From NCBI GenBank assembly GCA_947628905.1, contig CANRBQ010000002.1:625-64624 (forward strand): DNA of 64,000 bases, read 5' to 3'. Within the stretch, counting starts at the first letter, position 1, and each line of letters opens with the position of its first letter. Of the stretch, positions 56,231 through 64,000 are shown one piece after another. The translations under genes and the position numbers were made by a program. This DNA is from an uncultured Bacilli bacterium. Its GTDB lineage: Bacteria > Bacillota_I > Bacilli_A > RF39 > UBA660. The notes beneath the pieces are model-generated. The model made no database searches. It was given only the letters and a program-made list of their open reading frames with translations, and was not told the origin of the DNA.

Positions 56231-57341
56231 ACGTGATTTAAACTGTGATATCCTACGTATAATTGCCTTCCTTTTAGTTATTGCCGTCCATGCTTTTGGT
56301 TTTATAGGTCTTTATGAAACAATTACTAAAGATACAACCGTATTAATATTACATATTGGTCGTACTTTAATTATGACCTGTGTACCTATATTCATAATAT
56401 TATCAGGATATTTAACTAAAGAACCAAAATTTAATAAAGCTTATGTCTTAAAACTTGGCAAAATAATTCTAACCTACATTTTATGCGCTATAGCCTGTCT
56501 AGTTGCTCTTCACTTTTTAGAGCATCGTGAAGTATTAACATTAAGAGGTTATATCTTTAGTATTTTATCATTTGAAGCTGCTCCCTATGCTTGGTATGTT
56601 AATATGTATATAGGTTTATATCTCTTAATCCCTTTCTTAAATAGTTTATGGAACTCTTTATCCACTAAAAAATCTAAACAAAATCTTATTTTAGTATTAT
56701 GTGTTTTATTTATTTTTCCAACAATATTTAATATTTATAATTTTGATTCTTTAAATTGGTGGTTACATCCTTCTACTTCTAATAATTTTGCCACTATATT
56801 TCCTAACTATTGGTATGGTAATTGTTACCCTATCTTATACTATTTTATAGGTCGTTATTTAAAAGAATATAAATTAAATATTAAATTAAAAACCAATATT
56901 ATATTATTAATATTTTCTATGATCTTATTTGGTAGTTATAATTTTTATCGTAACTATAGCAATTATTTTGCTTGGACAATTTTTAGTAGTTATCCTTCAT
57001 TAGAAGTATTAATAGTAACCATATTATTTGTTAACTTAGTTTTAAAATATAAAGAATTTCATTTAAAAAATACTAAAATAGTTAAACTTATAAATAAAAT
57101 ATCCGTTCTTACTTTTGGAGGTTATTTATTATCTCGTATATTTGATATTTGGTTATTCCCTTATTTAGTAAATAACACAACATACATAAAAGAAAGAATA
57201 ATTTATTTAATTCCTATGATATTATGTATTGGCATATTATCTCTAATATCAGCTTATCTAATAGATATTATCGCAAAAATACTAATTAAAATATTTAATT
57301 ATTTAAAAAAGAAGTTTATTAAGCCTAATATGAATATATAA
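56223..57341 (+). CDS. acyltransferase family 3 membrane protein
   Basis: N-terminal DILRIIAFLLVIAVH motif, about 10 TM segments. Confidence 0.8.
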   Translation: MTKRDLNCDILRIIAFLLVIAVHAFGFIGLYETITKDTTVLILHIGRTLIMTCVPIFIILSGYLTKEPKFNKAYVLKLGKIILTYILCAIACLVALHFLEHREVLTLRGYIFSILSFEAAPYAWYVNMYIGLYLLIPFLNSLWNSLSTKKSKQNLILVLCVLFIFPTIFNIYNFDSLNWWLHPSTSNNFATIFPNYWYGNCYPILYYFIGRYLKEYKLNIKLKTNIILLIFSMILFGSYNFYRNYSNYFAWTIFSSYPSLEVLIVTILFVNLVLKYKEFHLKNTKIVKLINKISVLTFGGYLLSRIFDIWLFPYLVNNTTYIKERIIYLIPMILCIGILSLISAYLIDIIAKILIKIFNYLKKKFIKPNMNI

Positions 57342-57399
57342 ACTTCTTTTTATTTACAATATTATTAAAAAATGCTAAAATTAAACTAGGTGAAGGCGA

Positions 57400-57771
57400 A
57401 TGAAAAGAATAGCTCTATGTGGTAGTATGAAAACTAAAGATGATTTAATTAAAGCTGGAGAAGAACTTGAAAGAAGAGGCATTAGAGTTCTCCTTCCTAT
57501 AGAATGTTTATATAATGAACCTAAAATTATTGCCTCACGGGCTCATTTTACTCGGATTATTGATGAAGATACTGAAGCTATATTAGTTGTTAATAGTCCT
57601 AAAAATAATATACCAAATTATATAGGAGCCAATACTTTTGCCGAGATTGCTTTTGCTTTCTATTATCATAAAAAAATATATTTATTAAATGATATATATG
57701 AGCCATATAAAGAAGAATTAGAAGGTTGGGGAGCCATTTCTCTTCATAATAATTTAAATAACCTAAAATAA
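57400..57771 (+). CDS. nucleoside 2-deoxyribosyltransferase-like small protein
   Basis: 123 aa. The RIALCGSM N-terminus and GANTFAEIAFAFYYHKKIYLL resemble that Rossmann-like family. Weak call. Confidence 0.4.
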   Translation: MKRIALCGSMKTKDDLIKAGEELERRGIRVLLPIECLYNEPKIIASRAHFTRIIDEDTEAILVVNSPKNNIPNYIGANTFAEIAFAFYYHKKIYLLNDIYEPYKEELEGWGAISLHNNLNNLK

Positions 57772-57781
57772 GGAGACTAAA

Positions 57782-59098
57782 ATGAAAATTATTGCTATTA
57801 TTACTGGTAAAATACTAATCTTTCTTGGCTCATTAATTAATCGTGGAAGTACTCTTCCTGGAAAAATTGCTTTAAAAATAGATAAAAAACTATTAAGTAA
57901 GTTAAAATATCCTGAAAATGTTATTGTTATTACAGGTTCATCAGGTAAAGGAAGCACCTCAAAAATTATTGCCAATACTATTAAAAAAACTGGCATCAAA
58001 GTAACTTTCAATAAAAGTGGCTCTAATCTAGATCGCGGGATAACCACTACCTTATTAAAAAAATGTAGTTTAACTGGTCGTATTAAAACAGATTATATAG
58101 TTTTAGAAATAGATGAAAGATATACTAAAAAAGCTTTTGCATATCTAAAACCTAAATATGTTATTATAACTAATATAACAAAAGATCAACCACCCCGTCA
58201 ACACTATATAGATTTAGTTTATCAAGATATATTAGCAAGTATTCCTAAATCTACTAAAATTATTACTAATATGGATGATCCCTATTTAAGAAAATTCTCT
58301 AAAGATCTTCCAAATGAAATAATTTATTATAGTATTTCGGAAAATAAATATAGTTATAAAAATCAAATATTTGAAAATTTAAATATCTATCGTTGTCCTT
58401 ATTGTAATACTACCTTAAAATATCAATATTATAATTTTGAAACTTTAGGAAAATATCATTGCCCATCTTGTTCTTTTAAATATGAAAAACCAAAATATTT
58501 AGGAACTAATCTTGATTTAACTGAAGGCCTTATAACTATTAATAATAAAGAATATCCCATCGGAGGTAATATGCTATATCATGCTTATAACACTCTCGCT
58601 GCTATTTCAACATTAAAAGAACTAAATATTTCAGAAACAATAATTAATCAAAGCTTAAAAGAACAAGAAATAACTAAAGAAATTACCTTTAATAATAATA
58701 CTAAAACATATTATGCCATATCCTGTAAAGCTGAAAATGCTACTACCTATAATAGTGCTATATTTAAAGTAATAAATGATTCTAGTCCTAAAGATATTAT
58801 TATAGGTTGGAAAGAAATATCTCGTCGGTATAAGCATTATGATATTTCATGGTTATATGATATTGAATTTGAATTATTAACTAAAAACACAAATAAATTT
58901 TATGCTTGTGGTATTGATGCCAAAAATATTGCTAAACGTTTAATTTTAGCAGGTATTCCTGAAGAAAAAATAATTATATCAGATTCATTAAATGAAATAA
59001 AAGAACAAATAAATAAAGATGAAGTAAATAAAATATATGGTATTTTAAATTTTGATTATATGGAACCATTTGAAGAAACATTTAAGGAGGAAAAATGA
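57782..59098 (+). CDS. murT: lipid II isoglutaminyl synthase subunit MurT (Mur ligase family)
   Basis: P-loop ITGSSGKGSTS, Cys4 ribbon CPYCNT...CPSCSF, C-terminal DUF1727-like region, translationally coupled to a gatD homologue. Confidence 0.85.
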   Translation: MKIIAIITGKILIFLGSLINRGSTLPGKIALKIDKKLLSKLKYPENVIVITGSSGKGSTSKIIANTIKKTGIKVTFNKSGSNLDRGITTTLLKKCSLTGRIKTDYIVLEIDERYTKKAFAYLKPKYVIITNITKDQPPRQHYIDLVYQDILASIPKSTKIITNMDDPYLRKFSKDLPNEIIYYSISENKYSYKNQIFENLNIYRCPYCNTTLKYQYYNFETLGKYHCPSCSFKYEKPKYLGTNLDLTEGLITINNKEYPIGGNMLYHAYNTLAAISTLKELNISETIINQSLKEQEITKEITFNNNTKTYYAISCKAENATTYNSAIFKVINDSSPKDIIIGWKEISRRYKHYDISWLYDIEFELLTKNTNKFYACGIDAKNIAKRLILAGIPEEKIIISDSLNEIKEQINKDEVNKIYGILNFDYMEPFEETFKEEK

Positions 59099-59697
59099 AT
59101 ATTAATATAGCCCATTTATTTCCTGATATTTTAAATTTATATGGTGAAAATGGCAATATAAAAGCTCTAAAATATTTTCTTGAAAAAGAAGGTTACAAAG
59201 TAACCATAACAAACGTTACTTTAGAAGATGAACTAGAACTTCTTAAATATGATTTTATTTATATTGGAAGTGGAGAACCAGAATATCTTAATTTAGCAAA
59301 AAATAAATTACAGGAATATAAAAATGATTTTTTAAATTATATCAAAAAAGAAAAAATAATGTTAGTAACAGGCAGTGCTTTAAGTATTTTTGACTTTTTA
59401 AACCTTTATGAAATTAATGAAGAACCAGATTTTAAAGTTGCCGATGTTAGTGCTACTACTTCATTATGTAATGGAGTAATTTATGCTTTTCAAAATACAA
59501 AATATTTAATTAAATCAACTAATCATTTACTATTTAATTTAGAAACAGGCTTTGGTAATAATAATACAATGTTAGAAGGATTTAGAGAAAATAATTTTTA
59601 TGTTACATCATTAATTGGTCCTCTTCTAGCTCGCAATGATAACTTAACAAAATATTTTGTAAAATTACTAATTGAAAACTTAAATGAAGAAAATTAA
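59095..59697 (+). CDS. gatD: GatD-like (CobQ-type glutamine amidotransferase) homologue lacking the Cys/His catalytic pair
   Basis: N-terminus IAHLFPDILNLYGENGNIKAL is typical of GatD. The expected ICGGYQ position reads VTGSAL and the LHGP position reads LIGP. Confidence 0.7.
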   Translation: MNINIAHLFPDILNLYGENGNIKALKYFLEKEGYKVTITNVTLEDELELLKYDFIYIGSGEPEYLNLAKNKLQEYKNDFLNYIKKEKIMLVTGSALSIFDFLNLYEINEEPDFKVADVSATTSLCNGVIYAFQNTKYLIKSTNHLLFNLETGFGNNNTMLEGFRENNFYVTSLIGPLLARNDNLTKYFVKLLIENLNEEN

Positions 59698-59796
59698 TTT
59701 TTTCTTTTTTTAATATAATAATTAAACAAAATGATTTTCCTTTATTGACTATAAAAATGTTATGTTTTATAATTTATAATAAAGGAGGAGTTGAAA

Positions 59797-61158
59797 ATGA
59801 AAGAGGAAAAGAAGAAAGGAACAACAACTAAGACAACTGCCAAGAAAACAACTTCTAGTTCTAAAAAAACAACAACAAAACCAACTGTTAGAAGTTCAGC
59901 TAAAAAAACTGTAGCTAAAGTTGAAGTTAAAGTAGAACAAAAAGTTGAGGCTAAACCAGCAAAAAGAAATGTTGCAATTGAACTATGGCGTTTTATAATT
60001 GCTATTACTATTATAGGTTTCCATACTGGCTGGATTATTGCTCGTAGTTGCAATGGTACCAATGGATATTGGATGGAAACAAGTAATTGGTTCTTTGGCT
60101 CAAGTGAAGTATTATTAATATTTACTTTAACTGCTGGTTACTTTATGGTATCCCATTTCAAAAAAAGAAATCAAGATGCTGAATATCAAAAAAGAAGTGC
60201 ATCTTCACGTGCTTGGGAATATACCTGGAGTAGAATTAAAGGCTTAATACCTGTTTTAATTCTTGGCTATATTTTAGGAGTAGTAATCAGTACTAAATTC
60301 TATTATCCTGATTACACTTTCCAACAAATATGTACTATGACCATTAATAGTGCTTGGGAATTTTTAGGATTCCACGCTGTAGGTTTACGTAGTACAGGTG
60401 GTGAATTCTTCAATTTAAATGGTCCATTATGGTTTATTTCTGCAATAATTATTGTTGGCTATTTCCTATATTGGGGATTATGTAAAAATGAAGATACGTT
60501 ATCTGGTTTATTTGCTCCATTTGTTTTTGTCTTCTTAAGTGGATGGTGGGCATTTACAGGTACTCGTGCTGCTCAAACAGCGTGGTCTACACTTGGTTTG
60601 CAAACAGCTTCAACTAATGGTATGGGTGGATCTGCTACCGATGCTACTGCATTCTTAGGTTTTAACAATGGTTTACTATTTGTTATGCTAGGTATGCTAG
60701 GTGGTATTATATTATACTATTTTATTGAACGCATGAAAAAACGTAAATTCTCCAAAGGTGGCGTTATGGCTTTAACTGTTTTAAATGTTGCCTCTGCAAT
60801 CTTATTATTATGGTACACAATATATCCTGCTACTTGGTTTAATTTAGATCGTTGGACAGTATCATTATTATGTATTATTGTTATAGGTTTAACTTTATTA
60901 AATAAAGATCATTTAACTAAAGCCCTAAATAATGATGTAACACATAGTTTATTCGCATACTTAGGAAGTATATCTTTATATGTTTATATGTTACATTATC
61001 CTGTAGCTATATTTATGTTAAGAGTTTTAGGAAAAAATACTGCCGAAACAATTTATTCATTCTGGCTCATATTCATTCCAACTGTTATAATAACAGTTAT
61101 ACTAAGTATTTTAGTAAAAATGATTATGGACGCAACAATAATGAAGAAAAAAGCTTAA
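59797..61158 (+). CDS. acyltransferase family 3 membrane protein with Lys/Thr-rich N-terminal extension
   Basis: ATG 59797 lies 8 nt after AGGAGG. A roughly 55-aa low-complexity K/T/S segment precedes a polytopic acyltransferase core. Confidence 0.75.
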   Translation: MKEEKKKGTTTKTTAKKTTSSSKKTTTKPTVRSSAKKTVAKVEVKVEQKVEAKPAKRNVAIELWRFIIAITIIGFHTGWIIARSCNGTNGYWMETSNWFFGSSEVLLIFTLTAGYFMVSHFKKRNQDAEYQKRSASSRAWEYTWSRIKGLIPVLILGYILGVVISTKFYYPDYTFQQICTMTINSAWEFLGFHAVGLRSTGGEFFNLNGPLWFISAIIIVGYFLYWGLCKNEDTLSGLFAPFVFVFLSGWWAFTGTRAAQTAWSTLGLQTASTNGMGGSATDATAFLGFNNGLLFVMLGMLGGIILYYFIERMKKRKFSKGGVMALTVLNVASAILLLWYTIYPATWFNLDRWTVSLLCIIVIGLTLLNKDHLTKALNNDVTHSLFAYLGSISLYVYMLHYPVAIFMLRVLGKNTAETIYSFWLIFIPTVIITVILSILVKMIMDATIMKKKA

Positions 61159-61217
61159 AGATAGTGCAAACTATCTTTTTTCTTGCTATAATATAATTAT
61201 ATTAGGAGGCTAAGTAT

Positions 61218-62780
61218 ATGAAAATAATTAATGCCAAAGAAGTAGCCAGTCTTATTAAAAATAATGCTACTGTAGCTATATCTGGAAGTGGTGGTTCAGG
61301 ATCCCCAGAAAACCTTTTAAAATCTCTGATGGATAGTTATAATACTAATAAACAACCTAAAAACATAACAGTCGTTACCGGAATATCACCAGGTAATTTA
61401 ACTAAAGATTATGTTGGCATGAATATGTTAAGTGCTGATGGTTTAGTTGGAAAAGCTATATGTGCTCATCTAGGTATGGGAAAATTATTTGGCGAAAAAG
61501 TAGGTAAAAATATTTTTCCAGCCTTTGCCCTACCATTAGGAGTTCTAAATCATCTATTGCGAGCAATCGCCGGCCATGAACCAGGAATTATTACTCATAT
61601 TGGTTTAGATACTTTTGCAGATCCTAGACAAGAAGGATGCTGTGCTAATGATTTAGCTAAAAATGAAGAACCAATTGTCGAATTAATTAAAATTGCTAAA
61701 GAAGATTATTTATTCTATAAATCTTTTCCTATAAATGTTGCTCTTATTAAAGCTACTTATGCCGATGAACTAGGAAATATTAGCTTTGAACATGAAGCTG
61801 TTTTAGGAGAACAATTTAATATGGCCGCGGCCACCCATAATTCTGGAGGCATAGTTATAGTTGAAGTAAAAGAAATAAAACCTGCTGGCTCTCTTCGTGC
61901 TAAAGATGTTCTAATTCATAGTAAACTAGTTGATTATGTTGTAATCGGTAAACCAGATACATCATTAGGTGATTATAATTTACCAATTTATCATCCCGAG
62001 TATACAGGTGATAAAAAAATAAAACTAGAAAAATTACCTATAAAAGAATTAGATGAAAGAAAAATATGTGCTAGAAGAGCCGCCATGGAAATAAAAAAAG
62101 GCTATGCTATTAATTTAGGTGTTGGCATGCCTGATATGGTTGCAAATGTAGCCGCAGAAGAAAATATATCACAAGAAATATCATTATCAATAGAATGTGG
62201 CCCAATGGGTGGAGTACCTGTTGGGGGTATCGCGTTTGGTGCTAGTAGAAATCCTGATAGTATAATTCCAACTGCTGAAAATTTTGATTTATATAATGGA
62301 GGTTTTCTTGATATGGCAATATTAGGACTTGCCGAGGTTGATCAAGAAGGAAATGTTAATGTTTCAAAATTTGGCTCTCGAATAACAGGACCAGGAGGCT
62401 TTATCAATATTACCCAAAGTACTAAAAGAATTATATTTATGGGAACATTTACAGCTTCAAATTTAAAAGAAAGTATTATAGATGAAAAATTAATAATAAA
62501 TAATGAAGGAGAAAAAATAAAATTTGTTAATAAAGTAGAACAAATAACCTTCAGTGGTAAAAATGCTTTAAAAAACAATTTAGAAATTATGTATGTAACA
62601 GAAAGAGCAGTATTTAAATTAACTAAAGGTGGCTTAGAATTAATTGAAATAGCCCCAGGAATTGATCTTCAACAAGATATATTAAATAAAATGGAATTTA
62701 AACCAATAATATCATCTAAACTAAAACTAATGGATAAAAGAATATTTAAAGATGAAAAAATGAATTTAACTATTGAATAA
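61218..62780 (+). CDS. acyl-CoA:acetate / propionate CoA-transferase family protein
   Basis: 520 aa. ATVAISGSGGSGSPE and the central ECGPMGGVP-type motifs fit family I CoA-transferases (YdiF/Pct-like). Confidence 0.8.
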   Translation: MKIINAKEVASLIKNNATVAISGSGGSGSPENLLKSLMDSYNTNKQPKNITVVTGISPGNLTKDYVGMNMLSADGLVGKAICAHLGMGKLFGEKVGKNIFPAFALPLGVLNHLLRAIAGHEPGIITHIGLDTFADPRQEGCCANDLAKNEEPIVELIKIAKEDYLFYKSFPINVALIKATYADELGNISFEHEAVLGEQFNMAAATHNSGGIVIVEVKEIKPAGSLRAKDVLIHSKLVDYVVIGKPDTSLGDYNLPIYHPEYTGDKKIKLEKLPIKELDERKICARRAAMEIKKGYAINLGVGMPDMVANVAAEENISQEISLSIECGPMGGVPVGGIAFGASRNPDSIIPTAENFDLYNGGFLDMAILGLAEVDQEGNVNVSKFGSRITGPGGFINITQSTKRIIFMGTFTASNLKESIIDEKLIINNEGEKIKFVNKVEQITFSGKNALKNNLEIMYVTERAVFKLTKGGLELIEIAPGIDLQQDILNKMEFKPIISSKLKLMDKRIFKDEKMNLTIE

Positions 62781-62807
62781 AAAACAAAATTATATTACAA
62801 TTAAATT

Positions 62808-62912
62808 GTAGAACATTTAAGGATTAAATGCCTACAAAATTATTTAAGTTTCGAGACACTTATCTTAATATTAAGTATCAACTTAATAGATAGAAGTGTC
62901 TTTTTTGTTTTT
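62808..62912 (+). ncRNA. candidate antisense sRNA (module B)
   Basis: Promoter TTGAAT(62773-78), 17 nt, TACAAT(62796-801). Terminator AGACACTT(62854-61)/AAGTGTCT(62894-901) followed by TTTTTGTTTTT. Confidence 0.5.
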
Positions 62913-62947
62913 AAAAACAAATTTAATGGTAAAATTACTTTTATCAT
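62840..62947 (-). CDS. candidate 35-aa basic peptide (module B)
   Basis: AGGAGG, 9 nt, ATG. Hand translation: MIKVILPLNLFLKTKKTLLSIKLILNIKISVSKLK. Less hydrophobic than the module A peptide, so coding status is doubtful. Confidence 0.25.
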   Translation of the reverse strand: MIKVILPLNLFLKTKKTLLSIKLILNIKISVSKLK

Positions 62948-63084
62948 AACTCTGTACCTCCTTAAACATAACCCCCTGATAAATCAGTAAAGGTAAATGG
63001 AAAGGACATATAAAGTAGGCACTTCACCTTAAATGTTCAAGTTATTATTATAAGTATAAAAAAAGAATATGTCCAGAAAAAGCG

Positions 63085-63101
63085 TTCGACAAAATTCGAC
63101 A
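63085..63101. repeat. direct repeat TTCGACA-N3-TTCGACA (copy 2)
   Basis: The 25-nt block is identical to 24310-24334. Confidence 0.6.
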
Positions 63102-63142
63102 CATAGAAATTATTTTAATACTTATCATTTATTTAAAAGTAT

Positions 63143-63340
63143 CTATTCCTCTTTCTTCATATTCTCTATTGCATAATAACAAGCAGAACAAACAAAACCA
63201 TTAAAACTATATTCTTTTTTAGTTTTGCCTTTATTAGCTTTCTTAACTATTTCATTAATGCTATTAAACAATTCTTCATCAAATCTAATGCTTTTGATAA
63301 CATTACTATTTTTTGATTTTTTAAATTCAAATTCTTTCAT
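63143..63340 (-). CDS. small ribbon-helix-helix (CopG/Arc-like) protein
   Basis: 65 aa. VIKSIRFDEELFNSINEIVKK fits the beta-strand plus helix pattern of RHH repressors. It is divergent from surface-protein paralog 3. Confidence 0.5.
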   Translation of the reverse strand: MKEFEFKKSKNSNVIKSIRFDEELFNSINEIVKKANKGKTKKEYSFNGFVCSACYYAIENMKKEE

Positions 63341-63429
63341 ACATAACTCCTATTCCAATTATTTTTATAACACAAAAAAGCAATTATTAATATAACATAA
63401 AAAGTAACACAAAAAAGGTTACAAAAATA

Positions 63430-63458
63430 TTGACTTTTAAGATTATCAATTATATAAT
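63430..63458 (+). promoter_or_regulatory. sigma-A-type promoter of surface-protein paralog 3
   Basis: TTGACT, 17 nt, TATAAT, followed by the palindrome TTAGAAATTTCTAA at 63470-63483. Confidence 0.65.
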
Positions 63459-63519
63459 TTTAGTATAAGTTAGAAATTTCTAATATAATTGAGTAATCAA
63501 TTAGAAAGAAGAGAAAGGT

Positions 63520-64000
63520 ATGAGGATAGAGAAGTTAAGTAAAGGAAGAAAAAAGAAAATAGTATTAGTTATAACAATATTAGTATTGTTAATAGGAATA
63601 ATATATATAACAAATAGTAGAGCTAAATATCATGTAACAAGTAATATTCAAATAGTTAAAGGTAAAGTAAATTATAGTTTAGCAGATTTAAATGTTGTAG
63701 CTTTAAAAATACAAGAATCAGAGAATAGTGAAACGTACACTCCAACAGATGAAGTACCAACTGGAAACTATGAAGTTAATACGCAAAATAGCTATTGTAC
63801 ACTTCCAGGAGATAATATAGAACATAAAGATATTCCAATGGAATATAAAAATGGAAAGGTATATATAGGAATAAATCAAAAAGGAACAAAATGTTATGTT
63901 TTTTTAGATATAAGTAAACCATCAGAAAAAACATTAGCAAAACTGCATTTATCAAAAGCAGGAGATTTACCATCAGAGATAAGTACATATGCATGTGATA
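63520..64000 (+). CDS. secreted/surface protein, paralog 3 (5' partial; runs off the window; not in ORF track)
   Basis: Hand translation MRIEKLSKGRKKKIVLVITILVLLIGIIYITNSRAKYHVTSNIQIVKGKV... is nearly identical to the first ~50 aa of paralog 1 and then diverges. The frame is open to position 64000. Confidence 0.8.
   Translation, partial: MRIEKLSKGRKKKIVLVITILVLLIGIIYITNSRAKYHVTSNIQIVKGKVNYSLADLNVVALKIQESENSETYTPTDEVPTGNYEVNTQNSYCTLPGDNIEHKDIPMEYKNGKVYIGINQKGTKCYVFLDISKPSEKTLAKLHLSKAGDLPSEISTYACD

Larger units (their letters stand above)
62800..63040 (-). ncRNA. candidate small-ORF mRNA / structured RNA with 5'-3' fold-back (module B)
   Basis: Minus-strand promoter TGGACA(63075-70), 17 nt, TATAAT(63052-47). 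The 5' GAACAUUUAAGGUGAAGUGCCUAC is complementary to the complement of 62808-62835. Confidence 0.5.

Noticed and set aside
24005-63120. The two homologous modules as direct-repeat boundaries of a 39-kb mobile or integrative element.
   Set aside because: The interval is filled with core genes (truA, rplM, rpsI, mnmE, mnmG, rsmG, secG, cysS, wall biosynthesis). It contains no integrase, transposase or conjugation genes.

Overview
This window is the replication-origin region of a very AT-rich chromosome, by eye about 25-30% GC. It uses the standard genetic code: TGA is a stop, for example at 38558-38560, and Trp is TGG. The layout is Bacillota-like. All calls were made by eye from the sequence and the ORF track; nothing was computed or searched.

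**Gene order**
- Minus strand at the left end: amidase fragment, two orphan ORFs, rsmB-like methyltransferase, jag, yidC, rnpA, rpmH.
- oriC with DnaA boxes at 4741-5340.
- Plus strand: dnaA, dnaN, comK-like, recF, gyrB, gyrA, then an intergenic array of five parS palindromes plus two DnaA boxes and a small SRP RNA hidden under the 5' end of a tracked ORF.
- Continuing: tadA, dnaX, ybaB, recR, bofA-like, holB, ricT, methyltransferase, pth, mfd.
- Further right: degenerate ecfA-like pair, truA, rplM, rpsI, a polyprenol-kinase-like pair, mnmE, mnmG, rsmG, secG.
- Then a radical-SAM / UDG-related / divergent Cpn60 operon, a CDF transporter, cysS, and a roughly 15 kb wall-glycopolymer locus (tagO/G/H/A, mnaA, several glycosyltransferases and acyltransferases, murT, gatD-like).

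**Accessory content worth a second look**
1. A three-member surface-protein family. Two members share a near-identical promoter, operator and signal-anchor cassette.
2. A 61% GC, adenine-poor, NNC-codon-rich patch at the 3' end of the third member. It looks like a diversity-generating-retroelement variable region, but no TR or RT lies in the window.
3. Three convergent small-ORF/antisense-RNA modules with a type I toxin-antitoxin layout. Two are homologous and sit next to the surface-protein loci.
4. Several homologues that have lost catalytic motifs (the EcfA-like pair, GatD, YugP).

No tRNA, rRNA, CRISPR array, IS element or integrase was seen.
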